Source of the DNA: Perkinsela sp. CCAP 1560/9 | Lineage: Eukaryota > Protista > Euglenozoa: Kinetoplastea | Length of the DNA: 64,000 nucleotides | Assembly (NCBI GenBank): GCA_965644495.1 | Contig: CBFFSA010000002.1 | Location: forward strand, 992,001-1,056,000 | Reading direction: 5' to 3' | In this document: one piece after another, positions 44,389-55,068 of the stretch | Layout: every line of letters begins with the position of its first letter | Numbering within the stretch: position 1 is the stretch's first letter | Program-made: the position numbers and the translations under genes | Notes under the pieces: generated by a model | The model's database searches: none | Told to the model about the DNA's origin: nothing | The model's input: the letters and a program-made list of their open reading frames with translations, nothing else

Positions 44389-45819
44389 GATATGCCATCA
44401 TACACGTTAACACAGAGCATAAGGGAACATAACGGACATTATTAAGTGCATGTTATGAGCTTGTACATGAATTTTCAGACTTTTCATCACCTGCGCAAGA
44501 CTGGAAAACAAACCGCTGTTTCGCGGTGTTTCGGAATAATAACCCGCAGCCCCTCAGGTAAAGTAGACCGAATTAAACCACTGTCCGGGTTAATATTCCT
44601 GGTAGGAATATTAAGAGGGTATAGGAATATAACGAGGTATAGGAATATAAAAAAATTAGCAGAAAAGGACCAAAAATTCTTTCGCGCCGCTTCGCGGCGC
44701 GATCTTTGCTCTTGTGCTCGTTCGAGTCTTGTGTGTGCTTGGAGCTTGATATTTTGATGAAAAAAACATAAACCACATACCCCATTTAACATACCCCCCG
44801 GTATGTTATCAAGGTATAGGTATGTTAAATAGACTGGTAATGAAATAGGAAAGAGAAGAAAATCACTTTCACAGTTAGACAACTGAAGGAATAAACCCGT
44901 TTAGGCACAATACTAATAATCCTTATGATGGTAATGATCGTTCCTACACGAAAATATTGGATTTAGCGCTCTCAGAGCAAAAGTACGCAAAAACGCCCCC
45001 ATTTTTACCTAAAAATAGGTGATTTTTGGTTCAAATCCTTCCCTTTTTTCGGCTTTCGTAACCAATTTTTCTTTTTTAGGCTCTTCGCAGGGCCTAAGTT
45101 TAGTTTTAGTTTCGCAGGGGTAGTTTTCAACGCGAAGCTCGCAGCATGAGTGACTTCTAAGTTGAAAACAACCACCGTGTTTACCGAAGAGCCTAAAAAA
45201 GAAAAATATTAAAAATGAACTAAAGTAAAACTACTAGAAATAGGAAAAAAAGTGGTTCTGTGTAAGTCTGTGTGAATTCGCGTAGATCCGTGTAGGTTCG
45301 TGTAGGTTTTTTTGGAACCCCAACCTAGCCCATCTGCAGACTCTCCACTGAGTTGTTGAATTTCCAACAAAAAACAGCAAAAGAAAAAAATACTATTTAA
45401 AGAGTGACAAGCGAAAAAATAGTGATATAGGAAAAAAATATCCACTAAAATCTTCACTCAAAAAACACTGCACTCAAAAAAGAACTTATTGGTCTTGTTT
45501 CGCAGATATACAAAATGAATTATCATCTCACCTATAGATTTCTGTAGTAGATTTTGGAAAATATTTTTTTACTTTTTTTTGAGTCAAATTGTTTTTTTGG
45601 CCATCCTAAAATTTTGGAAAATTTTGACCTTGTCGAACCCCTCCTGCGCGTACCAGGGGGTACCCCCAGGTGGGGGGTGGAAAATCATCGTCGCGGCCTA
45701 CTCTACCACTTCCCCGCGCTCGATTTGTTTTGAATTTTTTGAATTTTGTTTTCAGTTTTGGACCACCGGGGCCCCCTTTTAAACCACCGTCCGGGTTATT
45801 ATGCCTAGGAGGTATAATA

Positions 45820-46465
45820 CAGTGCACACAATTATTAGTGTAACATTAATTCGTAAAACAAAAAATAGTAAATTTTTAATTAGTAAAACATTTTACGAAA
45901 TTCAGGTTTTACACCTTACTTTCTTTTTTTCGGAATTCTATTTTTTTTACGAAAAGTTTTCAGATTACTATGTCGCACGACATCGGAGAAATGATATTGC
46001 TCAGCAAACTGATAAGTGCTTCGTCTAACATGACGCCCCCCAGAACTTCCTTAACAGATGAGCAAAAGAATTGGTTATTCGAACACACTCGTGGTGTTTT
46101 TCGGGGCGAAGATGTTCGACGAAAGTTTGAGCTGAAATTTCATCGAAGTCAATCCCTTTTTGGGGGATTTTCCTTGTAATACGCTTCACTGAAGCCTGAC
46201 ACACTCAGCATGATGAAGCATGGTCGGGACCTCCTCGCAGTCTGCCTTAGCATTACCATTTTGCAGATGGTACTAACGCCGACCTTAGAGGAGACAGCCC
46301 ACTCAAACGACAGAAATACCGTTTCTGTAAAAATTGATTTTATCAAGTTGGCAATTTTTTTGGGGGCAGTGCAAAAATTAGTAAAACAAAAATTAGTGAA
46401 TTTTTAATTAGTAAAACTTTTTTATTATTTTACAATAAAAGTTTTACTAAGTTTTGCGAGCACTG
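45820..46465 (+). mobile_element. internally deleted pogo-like element with a TA TSD
   Basis: CAGTG...CACTG ends; empty site GGTATAA-TA-AGTGT at ~20201. The ORF remnant RTSLTDEQKNWL is like a CENP-B/pogo N-terminal HTH. Confidence 0.85.
46215..46284 (+). ncRNA. HDV-like ribozyme candidate (partly degenerate)
   Basis: P1 GAAGCA/TGCCTT, P2 GGTCGG/CCGACC, L3 TCCTCGC, P4 TACCAT/ATGGTA and J4/2 CTAA; AG replaces GG. Confidence 0.65.
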
Positions 46466-46728
46466 TAAGTGTCCCTAGGTATAATAAGTATCCCTAGGTA
46501 TAATAACTTTGCTTTGCAAAAAGGGTAAAAAAAATTTCGCGCCGCTTCGCGGCGCGTTCTTTTTCGTATTGCGCACAACATGCGATGATCCATTTGCAAG
46601 TTTCACTATTGGACCCTCTGCAAGTCCGCCTTTTTAGAAGTTTCTATGGGTAACACTGGGTAGCACTGGTTGTACTGGGTAAAATATTTTACAAAAAAAT
46701 CTTTCTTAAATCAATAATTTTGAAATTA

Positions 46729-47078
46729 AACCCTGTTCCGGGCTATTTTACCTAGAGCTACTTATTGTGCAGGGGGGGGCACAATAAGTGGAAACGACCA
46801 CCGTTATTGTGCCCCCCCAACAAAATATGGCGCCGCGAAGCGGCGCCGCATTTTTTTGCGGGTTCTTTATTCCCATTTTCTCGAGATTAGCGGTGTTTGT
46901 TCAACAACGCACTCGTTAAATAGAACTAATTCTGCATATGAACATGTTTGTCCGTAAAAAAGGCGCCGCGAAGCGGCGCCAAATTCTTTTTACCCTTTTT
47001 TTGTTTTTTCCAATATTTAGTTATTGTGCCTAGAGCCAGTTATTGTGCAGGGGGGGCACAATAACCCGGAAGAGGGTT
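46729..47078. mobile_element. AACC-family MITE, TA TSD shown by an empty site
   Basis: GAAAT-TA|AACCCT...AGGGTT|TA-GTACTC vs empty GAAAT-TA-GTACTC at 63160-63172; contains two GAA hairpins. Confidence 0.9.
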
Positions 47079-47145
47079 TAGTACTCTTTGAGACTACGTT
47101 TCTGAATACAAAAGAGAAAATAATTTACCAAGCAAACTCTGTATT

Positions 47146-48159
47146 ATGATTTCCTCCTCTGTAGCTGTGTCTGGGCAAGATTCTCTTCCGCAGCTGTATT
47201 GTACGGAATGCGAAAAGAAAACGTTTTTTTTCGGTGTTGGCGCCTAGGCGCTGTCTCGTGTGTCAAGCACCAGAAGACGCAGCATCTACCATTGTGGATG
47301 TGGAGACATACCTGCGCTGTAGTTACAAAAACGTGCCCGTTACCGCCAACATATGTCCCGTAAGTACCGCTCCTAAAAATATTGAGGAGATATCTCGTGC
47401 ATTCAAGGAAACGCTGAGTGCCGTGGGTATCAATGTGGAAAGCGCACAACAGGTTTGCTGCACATACAGCAAATACTGGTTGTGCATGAAACAGCTGACT
47501 TCCGATGATGTCGCCCAAATTCTTTGGCAAGTAGCTACATGCAAAAAAATGGGGCCGCAAGATGCCTATATGCGTGCATCACGTTTCCTCGCGCTTTATC
47601 ATTTCAAGACAGCTCTTCATCCTGATGATGAGCGCCCCATGTCTCTCCTCATTAAGAACATGTAGCGAGCTCTGGATGAACAAGGAAAGTCTGCCTTATC
47701 GGCAGAGCGTGTAGAATTTGCGAGGGTCCTCCGAGAGAAGGTTCATCAGATAGACAAAAAAGTAAAGATTAAGATTCCATGTCTCGGTCGCGTCAAAGGC
47801 TTGGAACCTTTAGTACAATCACTCACTACATTCCACGGATCATCTCACAGGTCAAAGCTAAGGGACACTTAATTACGGGACACTTTTGACCAAAAAGGGG
47901 GTGTCCCTTAATTAAGGTGTCTCGTAATAAAGTTCCGCAATGTATGTCTCCACAAGAGACCCTAGACGTTCTCTTACGAAATGGTGCAGCTTTTATACCG
48001 GAATGTTATGTGATGAAGGTGAAACGAAGTAGCGGATCCCAAGCAGAGGTTGAAGTTTTGGAAGTGGATGATATTCCTGAAGAACGTACAAGCAAGCATG
48101 CAAAGATTGTTGCTAATACCAAGGTACGTGGTACGCTAGAATTAAGCCTACGTAAGTAG
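47146..48159 (+). pseudogene. disrupted Cys-rich accessory gene of the Harbinger-like element
   Basis: Near-identical to 63230-63720 (CTEC...CLVC); frameshift, stop codon and a MITE fragment are present. Confidence 0.6.
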
Positions 48160-48199
48160 GCTGGAGAATGCCAAGTGTAAGTAAGAAAGTAGGTAAATA

Positions 48200-49458
48200 C
48201 TGTGCCCCCCACTTATTTGTCACAGCTCCATCCCTCCCACTTATTTGTCCTTTTCGACGAAGCCTAGTTTTTTTTAATGGAGCATGACAGGCTAGTCGTT
48301 CTTCCTCATGTTATACTCTAATGTTTTACTTGACTGGTGAATAAGTCCGAACCATCAAAGTTAAATATCCGTTTGTATTTACTACTCTAAGTCTTTCACC
48401 CCATAACATAGTAGCTGAACACGTTTTTCAACAATTTTAGAACAACATTCTCCCAACGGTTCTCCCCCACAACTCTCCTCAACTATGCCTCATCCTACCG
48501 ACGGTTCTCCCCCACAAACCCCCTCAACCCTGCGGTGTCGTCCTCGTCGCCTTGAAGCTTGGGTGACCATACGCCCCCCTGCCCCACGAGTCGGCGCTCT
48601 CTCAAATTGTGTCAATATGACAAACGAAACCATCACTACATCAACTCTCGAAAATCGTCGTATCTAAGTATTCTGTGGTTTTACTTGGTGACTCGCAAAC
48701 CCTCGCTAGGTATTTCAAATTTACCAAACTAAATTTATCTCACGTCATATGATATGGAAACAATAATTTGCTTAGTGTTTTTTACCATATGCTTTAGTTT
48801 CTAGTTACACTGTTTCGGAAATGAATAAGAAGGCACTACGTCTCGTCTGAGTCAAATTAGTCAACAATACTTTACTGTAATTAGTAACAAGTTTGCGTCG
48901 ACAAGATTGTACTGCAAACGCATTTACACCCCGCATTCCATCCCTTATCACATCCCACATCCTCCTCGACCAGCAATTGCTCGACCAGAAATTTCTTAAC
49001 ATAACGTCACTTGTTACATACTCACTTGTATAGCGAGTACATACCTGCTGGAAGCGAGTACAGCGAGTACGGTACTCCGAGTAATTACTCGCTGTACTTA
49101 CTCCGGTGAGTGCACGAGTACCGTACTCGCTTCATGTATGATACTACTACCATAACCTTTTTTCTCTATCGCAGAGTTTTGACTCTCTATAGAGTTTTGA
49201 CTATTGCAAAATTAAAGTGGGCTTGCTTCTGGGCGCAACCCAAAATGGGGAAGTAAGGTCGGGACCTCCTCGTAGTCTTCCCTGGCACTGCTATCTTACT
49301 GATGGTACTAACGCTGACCGAAGAACATTCGTAAGAAGATATTTTTGAAGTATACACGAACTGTAACCCCCCCCCACTTAATTGTCATAGCTCCACCCCC
49401 CCTACTTATTTGTCCTTTTTTCGAAAAAGGGGTGACAAATAAGTGGAGGGGGGCACAG
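48200..49458. mobile_element. CTGTG-family element with TA flanks
   Basis: TA|CTGTGCCCCCCACTTATTTGTCAC ... GTGACAAATAAGTGGAGGGGGGCACAG|TA. Confidence 0.85.
49247..49319 (+). ncRNA. HDV-like self-cleaving ribozyme candidate (best-preserved copy)
   Basis: P1 GGGGAAG/CTTCCCT with G1.U wobble, P2 GGTCGG/CTGACC, L3 TCCTCGT, GG for P1.1, P4 TGCTATC/GATGGTA, candidate catalytic C49308 followed by TAA. Confidence 0.8.
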
Positions 49459-49601
49459 TACGTTCCTATTCTTGTAAGTGTGTAACTTACAATGATCTTT
49501 TGGGGGCGTGAGATCGATATATTAAGGTAGTATAAACTCCGAATTAATATTTTAAATTTTTTTGCCCAATATTTGCCATATTTCCTTTTTATAAATTTAA
49601 T

Positions 49602-50644
49602 TTGGTGCTTTACATGCCATCAAAGGAAAGCGAGCTCACGGACAACGGACTTACATTGGCCGTGTTCCAATATCTTGTTCAGGAATATGGACTCGAGCGA
49701 GAGGTTATCGATGCAGCTTTTAGTTGGCTCTGCAGTGGCGGACGATGGTCACTTGTGGCGAAACGCATGGACAAGAGAGGATGGAGTTTACGGTCATATC
49801 AGGATAAGATTCCCGCTTTTTTTAAACAAATGTTTGATTCTCTTTCTTCGGAATGGCTAACCAATCCTCCGGAAGAAATGATAAATGACAATAACAATAC
49901 TACATCTGGATTTTGGCCTGACGATGTTAAGATATGTATGGACACGGTACCTATTTCGGTTGATGCGCGCCCGCATTGCTACAATCCCAAATATGCGGAG
50001 CACGTTATAAAGGCTATGGTGGGATGCACCATGACAGGATACATATGTTTTTTGGGTAGGCAATTGTATACAGGAGCTTCTTCAGATTCAGTCATTCAAG
50101 ATTGTGGTATCTTGCACTTTCTACAAAATTGGAACGTGCTGATGGTGGGTTTTTCGAATGCAGAAGCGTGATAGTTCCGTTCAGCAAACATGAAATATGG
50201 CCACGAGATCTGTCCGATCATCCTTCCGAAATTGAATTAAAAAGAGCTGATGACAAACTTTCCTATAATGAATCACTCGTTCATTTTAGGGCTAGAATTG
50301 AGCATGTGTTTAGTCGTTCGTGTATGGGAAGGTGGCTTGCTTTCAAAAATTGGACCAAGCTATCGGACTCTCTTCTGTACTATTCTTTTGCATGTTGTGC
50401 GATAGTTCATGGATTTTTTTTTCGTCACAGTTGGTCCGGAAAGTATGCCTCTATGTCAGAAGATAAAAAGGAGGCCATTAAAAGAAAAATTGCTTTACAT
50501 AAAGCCCAATCTTCAAGATATCCCAAACCTGGCTGTCGCGCATCCCAAAAGAGGGGACGTAATAGCCCGCCAGAAAATAGACTTGTACAAACCCAGATTG
50601 AGGACTACATTGTCAATTTAGCCACGGATATCGATGAACGCTAA
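49602..50644 (+). pseudogene. frameshifted PIF/Harbinger-like DDE transposase
   Basis: ICMDTVPI, YNPKYAEHVIK and YTGASSD in one frame; ADGGF, VIVPF and YNESLVHFRARIEHVF in the next. The shift is near 50135. Confidence 0.85.
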
Positions 50645-50996
50645 ACCTTTTTCGTTTGATTGCTCACTTACACTTTTGACTATCTCAAAAAAGACCTATA
50701 CCGGTCCCACTATTTTCGACCGCCTGGCACCAACCTCCAGGTTGGCCACCCCCGCCATTGCAGAGGGGGTGGCCGGGGGGGTCACCACGAGTGACCTTGC
50801 AAAAGACTTCTGTGGGTAACACTGGGTAGCACAGGTTGCACTGGGTAACACAGAGCACACAAGATCACACTGGGTAACTGCAGAATCTCCATTGCGCCTG
50901 GGAAAACGTGCGCGAGTATGGGGGAGTTTATTTTCTGGGGCTTTCAGGGGTAAAAGAACATGAAATGACATGAATACATATATTTCGTGGTTACTA

Positions 50997-51614
50997 CAGT
51001 GATCGTCACCAATCTGAGAGCCACGAAAATGAGAATGACCCTCTCAAGAATGACAAATTATCGTGTCAACGTTCAACTCAAAAAGGGCCTTGAAAATGAG
51101 GATGAGAATGGATCAAAAGGGACCCTGTTGTGCAATCTGGGCAAAAATTTGTAAACCACAGTCCGGTTTATTATACCTAGGGACACCTATTGTACCCGCC
51201 GGAAGACCAAAATGAACACGACCGACACTCTCCTGAAATTAATGAGGCCGATGGACTCATGATGGTGTTCCTTGAGGCGTTTGATCGTGTCATAGAGCGT
51301 GCTCCACATGAGACAGCATTGCATGGAAATAATCCGAAACCTCGTACTCAACCCGTTGTTCAAAATAGAGTATGGCGAAATTTGCGTGCGAGACGACTTT
51401 GCTCGGGGTGTACCAGATTTGTGTTCGGTGGTGGCGAAGTATTGGCTGTGTTCTGCAAGGGGAGGATGCCGTAACCTGGATGAGATCACATGGCCTGTTT
51501 GAAAATGCCGCGTGAAAATGCCGCGAAAATGAGAATAGTCGCGAAAATGAGAATGAGAATAAAAAAATCCTGTCAATGTTCAATTACGGATTCTGAGAAT
51601 AGTGACGACCAATG
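50997..51614. mobile_element. pogo-like MITE with a TA TSD
   Basis: CAGTGATCGTCAC ... GTGACGACCAATG; empty site GGTTAC-TA-TACCC at ~20443; AAAATGAGAAT repeats. Confidence 0.82.
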
Positions 51615-51877
51615 TATACCCCAACAGGTCAAAATTCTTGACAATGTCAATCTGATTTCTTGGTAAGTTTTCCTCATCAAACGCAACATTGAAATTTACG
51701 CGCAGTGAGGGGAAAAAATTGTGTTGCTTCGTAGTCGACAACAAAGAGCATGCACCAGCATGCTTTTACGTGTCCAGGCGAAGAATTAACCCTTTCGGAG
51801 TGCTAGGGTTTAATTAACCCTTTCGGGGTGTTAATGTATATTAGGGCGATCGTTCGTAATTCCGTCTTTGTGGCATA

Positions 51878-52163
51878 CACCCCCGCAAAAAGTATTGTTC
51901 ACAAAAATGGTCGACACAAAAAGTATTGTATTTATTAGTATCGACCATTTTTTTGAGTTTTGACCTGAATTTTAGTTGTTGTTTTCGAATTTTCAGGAAA
52001 TTAGCATAATGAGTTCTGATGTACGCGGCCACTTGATCATCTCGAGGGAAGCTGAATGATTTCTCTCCTATTTTTATGCTTCACTATACGTTTACACAGA
52101 TCCGATATGATAATGTCCAGCGTTTTGGAGGCCAGTGGCAACTAGTGGAAGTCGACAAAAAGT
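51878..52163. mobile_element. truncated inverted copy of the CACCCCCGC element
   Basis: Reverse complement of 59645-59877 joined to 60775-60830. Confidence 0.8.
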
Positions 52164-52372
52164 ACACTGCCGACTAATATTATTGAGTTTTTAATTATTG
52201 GCGAAGCTCTGCAACTTTTAATTAAAAAACCAATAATGTTTGTGCCAATAATTTTCGTAGAAATTTGTACATATCGACAAACAATAGAAGTTGTTAGTAG
52301 AGGGGCCGAAAACCCCAAAATTAGGTCAAAATGGTTTTTTTTGCTCCCAAAAAGATTCAAGAATTTTTACGG

Positions 52373-52484
52373 GGAAGAAAGTTGCTTATCACCAAATAAT
52401 TATTATCCTTAGGAAGTACAAGTGTCCAAGGAAGAAAGTTGCTTATCACCAAATAATTATTATCCTTAGGAAGTACAAGTGTCC
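52373..52484. repeat. 57-bp-period tandem duplication
   Basis: GGAAGAAAGTTGCTTATCACC... starts at 52373 and 52430. Confidence 0.9.
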
Positions 52485-53412
52485 CTAGGTATAACCCGGA
52501 CGGTGGTTTGCATCTCTCTAATCTTGTCAAATGCGTTGCGAAGGGCAGGTTATTAAGTGGTCATTAAATGATGGGATGCGGGTGTGATCTCGCATGATCT
52601 CACGACCGGGTGTTGACATAAAGCCAATCTCGATCCTCCTGCGTCAAATCCTCTCACAAAATTTGAATTTTTGTGTAAAATCTATGGCACTCTTCTCTAA
52701 AACGTGGTTGCCAAGATCAGACCTCATGAGAAATTCAAAAATTGACCAAAAAAATATAAAAATGTTTCTCGCCAAAAATTGACAACTTTTAATTAAAAAA
52801 ACAAAATTTTTTGTGCCATGAATTTTAGCGATAATAATTTTTGGCTTGGGTGTATAATATACACCCAAAAATATAAAGTTTTATAGGTGTTTGGTACCGA
52901 GATGGATTTACTTATAAAAATATTTATATAAATTATGATCATTAGTTCTACTTTTTCTTATGCGCTTTCATGGGGTGTTTGTATGAATAGGTGACCGAAT
53001 TTGATATGTAAAGCCACATGCATTTGACCACATTGATGAATTTGATAAAAAAAGAGGACCGAAACAAAGAGCCGAAAAAGAAGTTTCTAAAACTATTAGA
53101 CTGCTTAATGTCTAAAAAAGAAAATTCCAAATATGCATTTGATACGCGAATCAGAATAAGAAATACGCGGCGCGCAGCGCCGCGAGCTCCGTTTTTTACC
53201 CTGCTCTTTTAGCGTTTTTCAGGCGTTTCAAAGTTTTATATAAATTTATATAAAACCATGAATCATTTTGGGCTCGAACTTATAAAGAATTATGAAAGGA
53301 GGAGTATTCAAAATAGAATTATAACAAAAGAAATCCCCAGTAAAAAAGCGCACCCCCGGTATGCCACGTACACTGGATCGGCGTAGAATGGATGTTACAC
53401 GCCAAAAACGAT

Positions 53413-55068
53413 TTATGAAGCAAAAGAATCCAAAATTCTTCTTACTTCACGAACTGTATCTGCAATGGCATGTACCACTTTCGTAGTAGTATCCCAATCC
53501 ATACATGCATCTGTAATACTAACACCCTCTTTCAGAAGATTGTCAGAGGGTTTCAACGACCAAAGATGATTTGTTGTGTCAGGGTAGTACTTAGAAATAA
53601 TTTTCTGAGGACATGTAAACAAAAAGGATTGCCTTCCGGATTTATGATACGACTCTAACATAAGACCAAGAAGAGGATACGTAGAAGTCGAAGTATTTGA
53701 TGTGGAACACGTAACTGAGTGTTCTAACATTTCTTGACAGACTTTCTCACAAACCCCAACCTGCTGTGTCCAGTCCCCACTCGAATTTCCGTGACTACAA
53801 TCTACCACTATGTCCCGTGTCAAATCTAGCACCGTTGGAGAAATACTCTCTCTTGTGTGCATTGCGGACTTTGAACATATCTGCAATTCCGAGAGTTTGC
53901 GATGAACCATCCAAATGGTGTCGTTATCAAAATTCGTTTGATTAAAGCGTCCAAGTTCTCTTGAGCTTCCTCCGACCATACTCTGAGTCTGTATACCAAA
54001 AGCATCCTCTTCAGATCCCACCCGCGCATTTCTTTCCCCTTGTTTTACATCCTCCACCTTCACTACCCCTTTATCCCCTGATCCATAACCCACCGAGGCC
54101 CCTCGCAAAACCACATGCGCATTTTCATTTCCCTCACTTCTCAGCACCCCCACCTTCCCCCCCTCCCCGGTACCGAAATACACCTGAGGGCAGCGCGCGA
54201 CCTGGACCCCCCCCACCGCCGCCTCCCACCGCCCATCCACGGTGTTCTTCAACCCCACCGGGAGCCCCAACCCACTCGCGAGCTCCCGATGGATTTGCGA
54301 CTCCGTACTTCGCGCCCCGATCGCGCCGTAGCTCATGAGGTCGGCAAAGTAGGGCGCGGTGAACGGGTCGACGAACTCCATCGCGAGCGGAAGCCCGAGA
54401 TCGAGCAGCCGCAGACACAGTTGCCGCGCCCCCACCAGCCCGGACCCCATCGCGCACCTCCCATCGAGCGAGGGGTCGGAGACGAACCCCTTCCACGCCA
54501 TCCCCCCGGTGCGGGGCTTGAAGAAGTAGCACCGCATCAGGAGAAGGAGCTCGGGGGCGAGTTGGGATCGAAGAGAGGCGAGTTGGGTGCCGTAGGTGAG
54601 GGCCTCGGGGAGGTTGTGAATGCTGCAGGGACCGAGGAGGAGGAGGAGGCGGTAGGGGGGAGGGGGAGGGAGGGGAGGGGAGGGGTTGGGTGGGGAAGGG
54701 TGAGGCCTGGGTAAAGTAGGGTCATGACGTTGTAGGCCATTGGTATGTTTTTGTAAAGTAGGGTCATGACTTTGTAAGCCATTGGTATGTTTTTGTAAAG
54801 TAGGGTCGTGACTTTGTAAGCCATTGTCATGACTTTGTAAAGCATTGCCATGTCTTTGTAAGCCATTGTCATGCTTTTGTAAATCATTGTCATGCCTTTG
54901 TAAATCATTGCCATGCCTTTGTAAATTGTTTTCATGCCTTTGTACACCATTTTCTCGCATCATGTGGTGAATTTCAGCTCGCGTGCGGAGGACAAGAGAG
55001 CGTTGGGCTTCGGAGAGGGGGTATGTCGCGCGAAAGGTTTCCGGGGAGGGGAGGGGAATGTGTTTCAT
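53413..55068 (-). CDS. class I (AroF/G/H-type) DAHP synthase with insertions
   Basis: GPCSIH, R.Y..KPRT, WKG..DP.LDG, AIGARSTESQIHRELASGL, PVGLKN, GN..AH.VLRG, DCSHGNS, GLMLES and SITDAC. Confidence 0.92.
   Translation of the reverse strand: MKHIPLPSPETFRATYPLSEAQRSLVLRTRAEIHHMMRENGVQRHENNLQRHGNDLQRHDNDLQKHDNGLQRHGNALQSHDNGLQSHDPTLQKHTNGLQSHDPTLQKHTNGLQRHDPTLPRPHPSPPNPSPPLPPPPPYRLLLLLGPCSIHNLPEALTYGTQLASLRSQLAPELLLLMRCYFFKPRTGGMAWKGFVSDPSLDGRCAMGSGLVGARQLCLRLLDLGLPLAMEFVDPFTAPYFADLMSYGAIGARSTESQIHRELASGLGLPVGLKNTVDGRWEAAVGGVQVARCPQVYFGTGEGGKVGVLRSEGNENAHVVLRGASVGYGSGDKGVVKVEDVKQGERNARVGSEEDAFGIQTQSMVGGSSRELGRFNQTNFDNDTIWMVHRKLSELQICSKSAMHTRESISPTVLDLTRDIVVDCSHGNSSGDWTQQVGVCEKVCQEMLEHSVTCSTSNTSTSTYPLLGLMLESYHKSGRQSFLFTCPQKIISKYYPDTTNHLWSLKPSDNLLKEGVSITDACMDWDTTTKVVHAIADTVREVRRILDSFAS
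54722..54950 (-). repeat. 21-bp coding repeat (~11 x HxNxLQx) in DAHP synthase
   Basis: Direct inspection. Confidence 0.9.

Larger units (their letters stand above)
42013..44555 (-). mobile_element. GAG-TIR element with a 4-bp TSD (AGGT) enclosing a transposase and an accessory ORF
   Basis: AGGT|GAGGGGCTGCGG ... CCGCAGCCCCTC|AGGT with GTTTC-core 10-bp subterminal repeats. A sister element 62990-63930 has TSD AATA. Confidence 0.8.
41845..45346. mobile_element. GGA-TIR element with a 3-bp TSD (ACT), PIF/Harbinger-like
   Basis: ACT|GGAGAGTATGCTG ... CTGCAGACTCTCC|ACT, with 10-bp GTAGGTTCGT-like arrays near both ends in direct orientation. Confidence 0.75.
46611..50890 (+). mobile_element. PIF/Harbinger-like transposon (GGA ends, TSD ATT) with two disrupted genes and nested insertions
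   Basis: ATT|GGACCCTCTGCAAGT ... ACTGCAGAATCTCC|ATT; empty site at ~20328. CTGGGTARCA 10-bp arrays at both ends. A short sister lies at 63069-63917. Confidence 0.88.
45782..52508. mobile_element. AACC-family element (paralogue of 20165-20852) expanded by nested insertions
   Basis: Same TIR. Collinear pieces lie at 45782-45819, 46466-46610, 50891-50996 and 51615-51712; the right TIR is at ~52484-52508. Confidence 0.8.

Noticed and set aside
51786-51834. piggyBac-like TTAACCCT ends
   Set aside because: Only two short direct copies are present, with no convincing element body.
41400-52900. Fanzor/TnpB-type RNA-guided nuclease among the TE accessory ORFs
   Set aside because: No RuvC motifs were recognised in 42435-43064 or the Cys-rich ORF. 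A profile search would be needed to exclude it fully.
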